In this document: piece after piece, positions 24,955-37,613 of the stretch
Layout of the letters: each line of letters opens with the position of its first letter
How positions within the stretch are numbered: position 1 is the stretch's first letter
Source of the DNA: Mizuhopecten yessoensis
Lineage: Eukaryota
Assembly (NCBI RefSeq): GCF_002113885.1
Contig: NW_018405252.1
Span: 187,992 to 251,991 of the forward strand
Reading direction: 5' to 3'
DNA: 64,000 bases
The notes under the pieces: model-generated
What the model was told of the DNA's origin: nothing
What the model saw: only the letters and a program-made list of their open reading frames with translations
Databases searched by the model: none
Position numbers and translations under genes: made by a program

Positions 24955-25993
24955 GAAGGTAAGGGTGCACGTGGGGTTACATGAGAGTAATTACGGTAGG
25001 ATTTTCATGTATAGGGGGAGGTGGTTGGTAACAGGAAGGGTGTTACAATTGTAGAAGGTCAGGGTGCACGTGGGGGTACATGAGAGTAATTACGGGAGGG
25101 ATTACATGTATAGGGGAGGTGGTTGGGAACAGGAAGGGTGTTACAATTGTAGAAGATAAGGGAGCACGTGGGGTTACATGAGAGAAATTACGGTAGGATT
25201 TACATATATAGGGGAGGTGCACGTGGTTGGTAACAGGAAGCTTAGGGTGTTACAATTGTAGAAGATAAGGGAGCACGTGGGGTTACATGAGAGGAATTAC
25301 GGTAGGGTTTACATGTATAGGGGAGGTGGTTGGGAACAGGAAGGGTGTTACAATTGTAGAAGGGCAGGGGGCACGTGGGGGTACATGAGAGTAATTACGG
25401 GAGGGATTACATGTATAGGGGAGGTGGTTGGGGACAGGAAGGGGGTTACAATTGTAGAAGATAAGGGAGCACGTGGGGTTACATGAGAGGAATTACGGTA
25501 GGGTTTACATGTACATTTTGTATAGGGGGAGGTGGTTGGTAGCAGGAAGGGTGTTACAATTGTAGAAGGACAGGGTGCACGTGGGGCTACATGAGAGTAA
25601 TTACGGTAGGGTTTGCATGTAAAGGGGAGGTGGTTAACGTTGGTAGCAGGAAGGGTGTTACAATTGTAGAAGATAAGGGTGCACGTGGGGTTACATGAAA
25701 GTAATTACGGTAGGGTTTACATGTATAGGGGAGGGGGTGAACGTTGGTAACAGGAAGGGTGTTACAATTGTAGAAGATAAGGGTGCACGTGGGGTTACAT
25801 GAGAGTAATTACGGTAGGATTTACATATATAGGGGAGGTGCACGTGGTTGGTAACAGGAAGCTTAGGGTGTTACAATTGTAGAAGGTAAAGGTGCATGTG
25901 GGGTTACATGAGAGTAATTACGGTAGGGTTTACATGTACATTTTGTATAGGGGGAGGTGGTTGGTAACAGGAAGGGTGTTACAATTGTAGAAG
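24955..25993. repeat. G-rich ~100-bp satellite (~10 copies) with CACGTG in nearly every unit
   Basis: recurrent gcacgtggggttacatgagagtaattacgg and gggtgttacaattgtagaag. Confidence 0.9.
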
Positions 25994-26387
25994 AACCGGA
26001 CTGGGTTCATTGCTGGCGACTACGTTTCCAGTTGGTAGAGCATCTGTCTGGAGTTCGAAGGGTCTGAGGTTTGAATCCAATGCATTGTTCCTTTTCCTGT
26101 TACAGTTCAACCCTTGGTTCAAGTACAGGGTGCATTCTTGGCAATTCAAGGGAGTACCCGTATACGTACCTGGGTTGTAAATAGTGTTGTTTTCAGGGGC
26201 AAAGACTTACAAAAAGGAGGGAGGAATGTAGAGGAACTGGACAACATTTAGGTCATTTAATTTGCTGAAGACCATATATATGTACATATATGCATATGTA
26301 GATCAACAGGTAGAACGCCCACCTAGAGTTTGGAGGGTCCCAGGTTTGAACCCCTGTCTGGCTGTGCTTTTTCCCTCTCGTGTTACA
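25986..26387 (+). mobile_element. miniature non-autonomous LTR element with tRNA-like LTRs (TRIM/Helenus-like)
   Basis: LTR1 25986-26104 and LTR2 26227-26387 both TGTAG...TGTTACA with A/B-box-like motifs; polypurine tract 26211-26226 abuts LTR2. Confidence 0.65.
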
Positions 26388-26917
26388 TATTCAATCACTG
26401 CTATCAAGTATGACAAGCTATCTTTTTTTTTTTATTGTAAAATATCTGAAGCTGAAATGTCAACATCACACATTTAGGAATCCTTATTATGGAATGCTCA
26501 TTAAAGGCCTGCTATGCTTTTAGCAGAGCTGTTGAAATATTGATCTGTTTAACGATTGCCTCTACTGATATTTAGTTTCTAACTGAAGGATGATTACACA
26601 AAAAAATGGTCGCGCCATGTACTTTTTCTCTGTAGCACTTATGAATGGTGAGGTGTACGTTGGCGTTCTGTCTACATGTAGGGGTTCAGCGCTGTACCTA
26701 TATAGCTGTGTTTAATTGTGTAAAGTTCGATTTATAGCTACTGTAATATTAACGAAGACACTCAGGTGCACTGTCTAAATAGATTCCTATAACTTGGTAA
26801 CATACTTCAAGTGTCTCTGATCTCAAAGCTTGTTTGGTTGAAGTCCCAAATCTGAAGACTATCAGAATGTTTTGATAATTGATACGGTTTTAATTTACGG
26901 TAATGCTTTGATCAGCG

Positions 26918-27110
26918 ATGCTCTGCTAATCAGCCTGTTATATTATTTCTCTGCTCTGCTAATCAGCCTGTTCTATTATTTCTCTGCTCTGCTAATCAGC
27001 CTGTTCGATTATTTCTCTGCTCTGCTAATCAGCCTGTTCTATTATTTCTCTGCTCTGCTAATTAATCAGCCTGTTATATTATTTCTCTGCTCTGCTAATC
27101 AGCCTGTTAT
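26918..27110. repeat. 33-bp minisatellite (~5.5 copies)
   Basis: unit tattatttctctgctctgctaatcagcctgttc. Confidence 0.9.
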
Positions 27111-29356
27111 ACAATGCTTCAATTTGTGTGCTTTCAATTACTCCATCAGTCTCAGACGGGTCGTTTAGAAATTAAAAAGCCAGAATTTATGACAATGTGC
27201 TTTCCATCGTTTTGCTTGTATGACATTTGCAAAGAAATACTGTCTTTTTTGTTGTGATTGTGGATTTTAAAATCTTGTGCAGTGTTCCTTGCCATATTCC
27301 AGCGAAGCGTGTTTATGAGTGCTGTTGAGGGTTCCAATATAAATCAAGAATTATAGATTTTTGAATTTGTATTAATTTTCAGACATCTGTAGTACTCTGC
27401 CCAATCAATGATAATTTTGACATAATTTTAAGTCTCAGTCATGTGGAATTTGATGTTAGAAATGTGAATCAAGTTTAATTGATGCTGTCCAATATCACAT
27501 TTTTTTTTTTTTAGAGAGGACCCAAAATATTTGGCACATCCTTTTTATATGGTATCAATTTTATTCCCTACATGGAAAAGAAAGAAAAAGTACTTCTGAC
27601 GCTGTGAAGCAGTTACTTCAGAACTAGGCTATATGTATACCTGTGTCACTGTTATTATTATGTTATATAATAAGTACTTCTTATAATTTGTTTTTACATG
27701 TATTATATTTTAGCCTGCAGACATCTTAATTGAGACTTGAATTTTAAACCTATACCTATAGTACCCAATCCCTGCAGTGTCCCTCCTGCCCTTTTCTGGT
27801 ACAACAATCAATCTGGCATTTCTTTCAATAAACCTTCGAGATGTACTTGACTCCACACACTGAGCTTTGACAGATCTAGAGAAACAAATCTATTTGAGTT
27901 ATGTTTTGACTTTCCAACATTCAGGTAAAATTCTCGTTAACTTTTGAAATTACAGGGATTTTATTTGACCCTTGACACTTCATAATTTCAGAGGTCAAAT
28001 ATTTTTTCCTGAAATTTGAAGGGTCATAACACATGTCAAATACAAATAGACATTTCTTCTCCAACATTTTAGTCATTACAAATTCTGGCAAACTCTCAAG
28101 AGTCATTTGAAAGCCTTGCAGGGTCAACTGAAGGCCCTGAGTATTATGGCTACTCTCAGAGATATTTAGAATGTCCTGGGATCATTCTAATATTCCTAAA
28201 ATGTTATTTGTCTATAATGCTTAATGCATAGAACATATGGTATGTCCAACGTTAACTTTATAGCAGAACTGACGAGCAGGAAGGAACTGTAGCTTGTTCG
28301 AGACTGTTACAAGTCTACGTGGTGTACAAGCCAGCAGTGGTCTGTGGTTGTAATATTAATGGGGTTGGTGTCTTTTATATAGTTGAAATAAATTTTACCG
28401 AAAAAAATACACTTTCCTTTAGCAGCAGTTTTATGAGTCTCAAAGCCAAGAACACTCCAATGTTTCTACACCAAGTTACACAATAGACCGCTCCAGATAA
28501 AAGAAAAATCTGGTCTACTCCCAAGATGTAGGGGTGATCAGGTTAAAGGCTTTTTCAGGTTTTTTTATTGTCCGTGATGTGTAGAGGAATGGTCTGCTCA
28601 ATCAGCTGTCTACAATTGATCCTAAAGGAACATGGAGACTGCCTGTATTCAACTTTGTCATGGCAGACGTGCAAAGTCTTGGTATTGGTACCGTACTTGT
28701 AGCCTTGCCTGGGACCAATAATCTCATTTACATGAAATACACATTATTTTCTGGAATTTTCTGTTTATTGTCCTGTGACTCATATCATGCATCTTTAGAA
28801 AAATATATTCCTGCCGAAATTAGATTATTTTGGTATAAACTATTTGGTAAGTTTAAATGTAAACACAGTTTTTCCTTTTTACTTGATCATTTAAATGTGA
28901 TGCTAATTAAGTGTGAATACACTGTAAATGTCTATATTGTGTACCGTAGGGTGAACGTTTAATTGACTTTTAAATTCTGGTTCCTTGCCAGTAATCAAAT
29001 GCTGCTGCAGCCTTGTTTTTCACAAGGCAAGAGAAAGTGTAGTGCATTAATTTCAAGAGTGATTATGTTAGGTATCTGAGTGTCATCTACATTTTGTGGA
29101 AGTATGCAATAATTGCAATTAAAAAATGCACATGCAAAATAAACTAAACGGAAACATCTTCTAAAGGGGTCTGTACATGTAAACATCACAATTTAAAGGG
29201 GGCTGTACATGTAAACATCACAATTTAAAGAGAAAAAAATATATGACGTTATAAATTTCTAAATCTCCTTAAACTGAAGGATGGAAAACAAATGGTGTTG
29301 ATTAGTACTTTTGTTATAAAACCATTACAAGTTGTCCTCCTTACAAAAATACATAG

Positions 29357-30047
29357 GTAGACAGTCCATATCTAAATACGATAATGTGGACAGTCCATAT
29401 CTAAATTCGATAATGTAGACAGTCCATATCTAAATACGATAATGTAGACAGTCCGTATCTAAATATGATAATGTAGACAGTCCATATCTAAATACGATAA
29501 TGTAGACAGTCCGTATCTAAATATGATAATGTAGACAGTCCATATCTAAATACGATAATGTAGACAGTCCTTATCTAAATACGATAATGTAGACAGTCCG
29601 TATCTAAATGCGATAATGTAGACAGTCCGTATCTAAATACGATAATGTAGACAATCCATATCTCAATACGATAATGTAGACAGTCCATATCTAAATACAA
29701 TAATGTAGACAGTCCATATCTAAATACGATAATGACCTTTACCTTACATATATATGTAGACAGTCCATATCTAAATACGATAATGACCTTTACCTTACAT
29801 ATATATGTAGACAGTCCATATCTAAATACAACAATGACATTTATCTTATACATATATAGACAGTCCATATCTAAATACGATAATGACCTTTACCTTACAT
29901 ATGTAGACAGTCCGTATCTAAATACGATAATATAGACAGTCCATATCGATTAGATAATGACCTTTACCTTACATATGTAGACAGTCTATATTTAAATATG
30001 ATAATGTAGACAGTCCATATCTAAATACGATAATGACCTTTACCTTA
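29357..30047. repeat. 29-bp minisatellite with a longer ~50-54-bp variant
   Basis: unit tgtagacagtccatatctaaatacgataa. Confidence 0.92.
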
Positions 30048-32313
30048 GGTATGTAAGAACGTTATTTCAATACTGTATAATTGTACAATTGAGATTTAGG
30101 TCGATAATAATTTCTATAGAGAGCCATAAAAGAATTAGGAATTGTTAAAAAAAAAAAAAGCTTCAACTCCAGGTCATTAAAACAATTATTTTGAATGTTG
30201 ACATTTAATCTGACATTCAAAGTATTGCAGATATATGTACAATTTACCTATGTCTACACTAGTGATTTCATGACGCATGTTCAATTTTATTGTGTACCTT
30301 TATAGCTACACATACATGTACAGTATTTAGGTAAACTGACCTTGTACATATGTAGCCGTTGATTTTGTTGGATCGGGACACTTTCATTGAAAGCTTTTCT
30401 GTTACATTTCCAAAATACTCGATATCAATTGTCAGTCCCAAACCTGTTGATAGAACTATATAAAGTACTGTGGTAAGATAACTGCCCCATAGTAGGTCAT
30501 TTATACTTTTAGGTATTAACGGAATATATATAAAAACATTAAGCTTTCAAAGGAACCATTTTCTAAATATGAACTGTTTTAGATTTGTATTAAAATCAAG
30601 TTTGAAGTTTGTAGGATCTCACACACTACTACAATGGCCTGGGATATCTACTGATTCGTGGGAACTAGGGTTGTTCCTGTGATTTTACATTGAAATGTTT
30701 TAACAGGGATTTTCTAGACAAAACACTAAACAGTCGTGACATTGACGTGCACGATTAAATTGGGTGGCCATGGAAGACTTTGTGAAATCTTGAAGAAATT
30801 GATCTAAAGCCGCCAATCGTCGATGGCTCCGACTCATCCCGTATAGGTTTACTGATGGCTTTCCTGGGATAATTATATAGAATTATCAGGCGGTAAGGTT
30901 TACGTTTAAACCTTACTGTAAGATGCCAGTCATAATAACCCAAACTCGATAGGAAATCTTTTATTGATAGCTGTCCTTGATAAAACACTTCAAAATCTAG
31001 AAACTAGAAAATGTTTTAACAGTTTTATTTTTAAGAAATTTTACAATGAGCACAATGAAATATATGGTGGTCTTAAGTCTGGAGTTTAAAAGATGAGTCT
31101 AGATCTCCAGCAGATCTAAACCAGCATTCTGACTCTGGCTCGTCTATATATAGTGTTTACTGACATCTTGTACTTCCGTGGGTAATAATATAGAATTTCA
31201 AGACGAAGTTTTAAGGTAAATCTTAATACCCAAACTCTGTAGGACTGTTTATCACCCTGAATATAGAATCCCTTCATCTCTCTTCTCATCCTCTATCGCT
31301 CTCAAGGGTTTAGTAATTGTGTGTCTGTCGGTCAGATAAAAAGAACGTTACCTTCGTTTGGATTTTTTTTTTATAAAGTATTAAATAAAATAATTAAAAT
31401 GGGTTTTTATAACCTTAAAAAAATAGCTGAAAATTTACATTTTCTATGAGTGCAAAAAAACAAACTTATATGAAATGTTACTTTTTTATCTAAATTTGTC
31501 TTTGATGTAACATGATCTAGAAACTGGAAGTTTTAGATTTAATTTGATTTGTGTTTTATGACATCATGCTTCATTGATATAATGATTTAATACATGTATG
31601 TTGATTGATACTACTGATTGAGTGAGCATGTGATAAAGTTATAACATAGGGGGGAATTGAACTGACAGCATTCCCTGTATAATGTTTTCACGAATAGCAG
31701 CACTGATAAGATCCAGTTCTATATGATGGGTGAAATTAATTTGTTTATTATACAAAAATATATCACAATAATCAATCAATTTCTATGGAAATGGTATAGA
31801 TTATTTTCATACGTAATTATACGATAATATTATTTAATGAATTAACTAGCATTGATTTATGTGTCATTTTGCCGTTAGTGTATAGAAGTGAGCCTGTTAC
31901 AGCGTGTGGGATCTGTATTCACCGATGTTGGTCATTACTACGGTGTTGATAGGTCGGTTAGATTTGTGTGATGGAAATTTGGATATCAAGATAACTGCAA
32001 AGGGTATTGATCGGTATAATATAGCCCTACACAACGTATGTTTTAGAAATAATACAGGTATAACACCTGTATTACGATCGCGCGATCATGACAGTAATAT
32101 ATCAAATAGTTCTGTGGTTATGATATTGAGATATGATCATGACAATATATATACGTAACATCTTAAAATGTTGATGAGTCTAATTACTGATAATGAGAGA
32201 TACTGTATATACTCTTGGAGTAGGTTTACAAGATGTGAGCAAGTCCCACAGGAAACCACGCAAATAGCTGTGTTCCAAAAATCAGTGATAACTGCAATAG
32301 TTCTGTTGTTATG

Positions 32314-35142
32314 ACAACTATAATGTGACCATGAAAGTAATAAATGCAATAGCTCTAAAACAACTATAATGTGACCATGAAAGTAATAAATGCAATAGCT
32401 CTATAATAACTATAATGTGACAGTAATAAATGCAAAAGCTCTATAGCAACTATAATGTGACCATGAAAGTAATAAATGCAATACAATAGCTCTATAACAT
32501 CTATAATGTGACCATGAAAGTAATAAATGCAATAGCTCTATAACAACTATAATGTGACCATGAAATTGATAAATGCAATAGCTCTATTACAACTATAATG
32601 TGACCATGAAAGTAATAAATACAATAGCTTCATAACAAATATAATGTGACCATGAAAGCAATAAATGCAATAGCTCTATAACAACTATAATGTGACCATG
32701 AAAGTAATAAATGCAATAGCTCTATAACAACTATAATGTGACCATGANNNNNNNNNNNNNNNNNNNNNNNNNNNNNNNNNNNNNNNNNNNNNNNNNNNNN
32801 NNNNNNNNNNNNNNNNNNNNNNNNNNNNNNNNNNNNNNNNNNNNNNNNNNNNNNNNNNNNNNNNNNNNNNNNNNNNNNNNNNNNNNNNNNNNNNNNNNNN
32901 NNNNNNNNNNNNNNNNNNNNNNNNNNNNNNNNNNNNNNNNNNNNNNNNNNNNNNNNNNNNNNNNNNNNNNNNNNNNNNNNNNNNNNNNNNNNNNNNNNNN
33001 NNNNNNNNNNNNNNNNNNNNNNNNNNNNNNNNNNNNNNNNNNNNNNNNNNNNNNNNNNNNNGTGACCATGAGAGTAATAAATACAATAGCTCTATAACAA
33101 CTATAATGTGACCATGAGAGTAATAAATACAATAGCCTTATAACAACTACAAAGTGACCATGAGAGTAATAAATGCAATAGCTCTATAACAACTACAAAG
33201 TGACCATGAGAGTAATAAATGCAATAGTTCTATAACAACTATAATGTGACCATGAAAGTAATAAGTGCAATAGCTCTATAACAACTATAATGTGCCCATG
33301 AAAGTAATAAATGCAATAGCTCTATAGCAACTACAAAGTGACCATGAGAGTAATAAATGCAATAGTTCTATAACAACTATAATGTGACCATGAAAGTGAT
33401 AAATGCAATAGCTCTATAACAACTATAATGTGGCCATGAAAGTAATAAATGCAATAGCTCTATAGCAACTACAAAGTGACCATGAGAGTAATAAATGCAA
33501 TAGTTCTATAACAACTATAATGTGACCATGAAAGTAATAAATGCAATAGCTGTATAACAACTACAAAGTGACCATGAGAGTAATAAATGCAATAGTTCTA
33601 TAACAACTATAATGTGACCATGAGAGTAATAAATGCAATAGTTCTATAACAACTATAATGTGACCATGAAAGTAATAAATACAATAGCTTCATAACAAAT
33701 ATAATGTGACCAGAAAAGCAATAAATGCAATAGCTCTATAACAACTATAATGTGGCCATGAAAGTAATAAATGCAATAGCTCTATAGCAACTACAAAGTG
33801 ACCATGAGAGTAATAAATGCAATAGTTCTATAACAACTATAATGTGACCATGAAAGTATAAATGCAATAGCTCTATAACAACTATAATGGGACCATGAAA
33901 GTAATAAATGCAATAGCTCTATAGCAACTACAAAGTGACCATGAGAGTAATAAATGCAATAGTTCTATAACAACTATAATGTGACCATGAGAGTAATAAA
34001 TGCAATAGTTCTATAACAACTATAATGTGACCATGAAAGTATAAATGCAATAGCTCTATAACAACTATAATGTGACCATAAAAGTAATAAATGCAAGAGC
34101 TCTATAACAACTATAATGTGACCAAGAAAGTAATAAATGGAATAGCTCTATAACAACTATAATGTGACCATGAAAGTGATAAATACAATAGCTCTATAAC
34201 AACTATAATGTGACCATGAGAGTAATAAATACAATAGCCTTATAACAACTACAAAGTGACCATGAGAGTAATAAATGCAATAGTTCTATAACAACTATAA
34301 TGTGACCATGAGAGTAATAAATGCAATAGTTCTATAACAACTATAATGTGACCATGAAAGTATAAATGCAATAGCTCTATAACAACTATAATGTGACCAT
34401 AAAAGTAATAAATGCAAGAGCTCTATAACAACTATAATGTGACCAAGAAAGTAATAAATGGAATAGCTCTATAACAACTATAATGTGACCATGAGAGTAA
34501 TAAATGCAATAGTTCTATAACAACTATAATGTGACCATGAAAGTAATAAATACAATAGCTCTATAACAACTATAATGTGACCATGAAAGTAATAACTGCA
34601 ATAGCTCTATAACAACTATAATGTGACCATAAAAGTAATAAATGCAAGAGCTCCAAAACAACTACAAAGTGACCATGAGAGTAATAAATGCAAGAGCTCT
34701 ATAACAACTATAATGTGACCAAGAAAGTAATAAATGGAATAGCTCTATAACAACTATAATGTGACCATGAGAGTAATAAATGCAATAGTTCTATAACAAC
34801 TATAATGTGACCATGAAAGTAATAAGTGCAATAGCTCTATAACAACTATAATGTGGCCATGAAAGTAATAAATGCAATAGCTCTATAGCAACTACAAAGT
34901 GACCATGAGAGTAATAAATGCAATAGTTCTATAACAACTATAATGTGACCATGAAAGTAATAAATACAATAGCTCTATAACAACTATAATGTGACCAAGA
35001 AAGTAATAAATGGAATAGCTCTATAACAACTATAATGTGACCATGAAAGTAATAAGTGCAATAGCTCTATAACAACTATAATGTGACCGTGAAAGTAATA
35101 AATGCAATAGCTCTATAACAACTATAATGTGACAGTAATAAA
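32314..35142. repeat. 46-bp minisatellite carrying AATAAA (gap 32748-33061)
   Basis: unit acaactataatgtgaccatgaaagtaataaatgcaatagctctata. Confidence 0.95.
32748..33061. other. assembly gap
   Basis: N run. Confidence 1.
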
Positions 35143-35213
35143 TTCTAAGTTCTTCTGTAGTTAATACATCTGTAATGTGATTGTGACAAAAATAAATGCA
35201 AAAGCTCTATTGA

Positions 35214-35532
35214 TCTGTAGTTATGACAACTGCACTGTGATAGCTCCGTAGTTATGACAACTGTACTGTGATAGCTCTGTAGTTATGACAACTGTACTGT
35301 GATAACTCTGTTATATGACAACTGTACTGTGATAGCTCTGTAGTTATGACAACTACTGTGATAGCTCTGTAGTTATGACAACTGTACTGTGATAGCTATG
35401 TAGTTATGACAACTCTACTGTGATAGCTCTGTAGTTATGACAACTATACTGTGATAGCTATGTAGTTATGACAACTGTTCTGTGATAGCTCTGTAGTTAT
35501 GACAGCTGTACTGTGATAGCTCTGTAGTTATG
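35214..35532. repeat. 31-bp minisatellite (~10 copies)
   Basis: unit tgtgatagctctgtagttatgacaactgtac. Confidence 0.9.
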
Positions 35533-35920
35533 CTACCTACATGACTTCTAATTAACTATTAGCTATTGTATATGTATTGTGATCTGTTGTTACATATATA
35601 GGTTATGCTATCTACATGACTTAGTTAGTGTACACACTGTATCATTACTGATGCAATCACTACATATGAACATGTACACTGCAGTGTAACAATAAAATAA
35701 TAGGAGTGTAACTGTTGTTGTTGTTGGATGCATATGTAGGAAGTAAAACCTATTGCATCAGACAGGAAGAGAATTAAAAAAGATTATACATGGATACAAT
35801 TGATTATACATGTATACACAATCTGACGGAAATCTTTGTATAATCAAGTAATTAAGAACAGGATTTTCTAATCTACAGTAAAACATTAACACAGTCCGCC
35901 CGTTGCAATGTATTCAGAAG

Positions 35921-36213
35921 GCAAATGTTGTTGTGAGACTATATATATAACAACATTTGCTATATTGTAACGTCATCAATCTCTATTGTAAGGTCATACA
36001 TTTCGTTGTTGTATGGATTTAATTTTCGAAATAACTTAATAAAGCCTAACTACTCCATCAGAATGTAAATATGAATAATGAATATCTTTGCAAATATTGT
36101 TGATATAACACACATTTCTATTGCTGACCATCTTACAGAAATCACTGCCAGCTAGGCTTTATTAAGTGTGTCATCAATAGCAATGTGTGTTATAGGACCA
36201 TAACAACATTTGC
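35921..36213. mobile_element. MITE-like element with imperfect TIRs
   Basis: gcaaatgttgtt...acatttgctat at left and atagcaatgt...aacaacatttgc at right. Confidence 0.55.
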
Positions 36214-36429
36214 TAAACCATTCATTGCCTAATTGAATTGATACCTAGTATATTCTGTAGTTGACATGATATATATTGTCTAAAGAAAAAAACTTTTTGG
36301 GAGAGGACACTACATACTGGAACCCTGATTTGATCACATCAATAATGACAGTTAATCAAAGGCCATTGTACACATGTTTAATTATAACCAGGTATACCAT
36401 TCTCTAAAACACAGTCTAAAACACAGTTG

Positions 36430-37517
36430 TCAAAGATTTGATGATTTACCGAGGTATTACAATCTTGTTTGTTTTAGTACAGGACAATGAGATAAAGAGA
36501 CTCAAAGATTTGATGATTTACCGAGGTATTACAATCTTGTTTGTTTCAGTACGGATCAATGAGATAAAGAGACTCAAAGATTTGATGATTTACCGAGGTA
36601 TTACAATCTTGTTTGTTTCAGTACAGGACAATGAGATGAAGAGACTCAAAGATTTGATGATTTACCGAGGTATTACTATCTTGTTTGTTTCAGTACGGAT
36701 CAATGAGATAAAGAGACTCGAAGATTTGATGATTTACCGAGGTATTACAATCTTGTTTGTTTTAGTACAGGACAATGAGATGAAGAGACTCAAAGATTTG
36801 ATGATTTACCGAGGTATTACTATCTTGTTTGTTTCAGTACAGGACAATGAGATAAAGAGACTCAAAGATTTGATGATTTACCGAGGTATTACAATCTTGT
36901 TTGTTTTAGTACAGGACAATGAGATAAAGAGACTCAAAGATTTGATGATTTACCGAGGTATTACTATCTTGTTTGTTTCAGTACAGGACAATGAGATAAA
37001 GAGACTCAAAGATTTGATGATTTACCGAGGTATTACAATCTTGTTTGTTTTAGTACAGGACAATGAGATAAAGAGACTCAAAGATTTGATGATTTACCGA
37101 GGTATTACAATCTTGTTTGTTTCAGTACAGGACAATGAGATAAAGAGACTCAAAGATTTGATGATTTACCGAGGTATTACAATCTTGTTTGTTTTAGTAC
37201 AGGACAATGAGATAAAGAGACTCAAAGATTTGATGATTTACCGAGGTATTACAATCTTGTTTGTTTCAGTACAGGACAATGAGATAAAGAGACTCAAAGA
37301 TTTGATGATTTACCGAGGTATTACAATCTTGTTTGTTTTAGTACAGGACAATGAGATAAAGAGACTCAAAGATTTGATGATTTACCGAGGTATTACAATC
37401 TTGTTTGTTTCAGTACAGGACAATGAGATGAAGAGACTCAAAGATTTGATTATTAACCGAGGTTTTACAATCTTATTTATTTCAGTACGAGACAATGAGA
37501 TGAAGAGACTCAAAGAT
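36430..37517 (+). repeat. 72-bp tandem array of the USP32 intron1/exon2 junction (15 acceptors)
   Basis: AG at 36477 + 72n up to 37485; unit is about 40 nt intron + 32 nt exon 2. Confidence 0.95.
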
Positions 37518-37613
37518 GCTTTTAAGAGGGTGTCAAGTTTTGGAGGGATGATGACGGAGACCATGTTTACAAGGGAAGTGCTGGGGGACGGCGTACCCGA
37601 CAATATATCACAG
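37486..37613 (+). CDS. USP32: USP32 exon 2 (IRDNEMKRLKDAFKR...REVLGDGVPDNISQ)
   Basis: tttcag|...CAG|gtaaaa; KRLKDAFKR and REVLGDGVP are USP32 signatures. Confidence 0.92.

Noticed and set aside
2200-26387. tRNA genes at the A/B-box-like motifs (~2210, ~26030, ~26300)
   Set aside because: Degenerate boxes and no intact cloverleaf; treated as element-derived
28265-28320. Hammerhead-like CTGACGA...GAGA
   Set aside because: GAGA instead of GAAA, stem II out of register, no stem I
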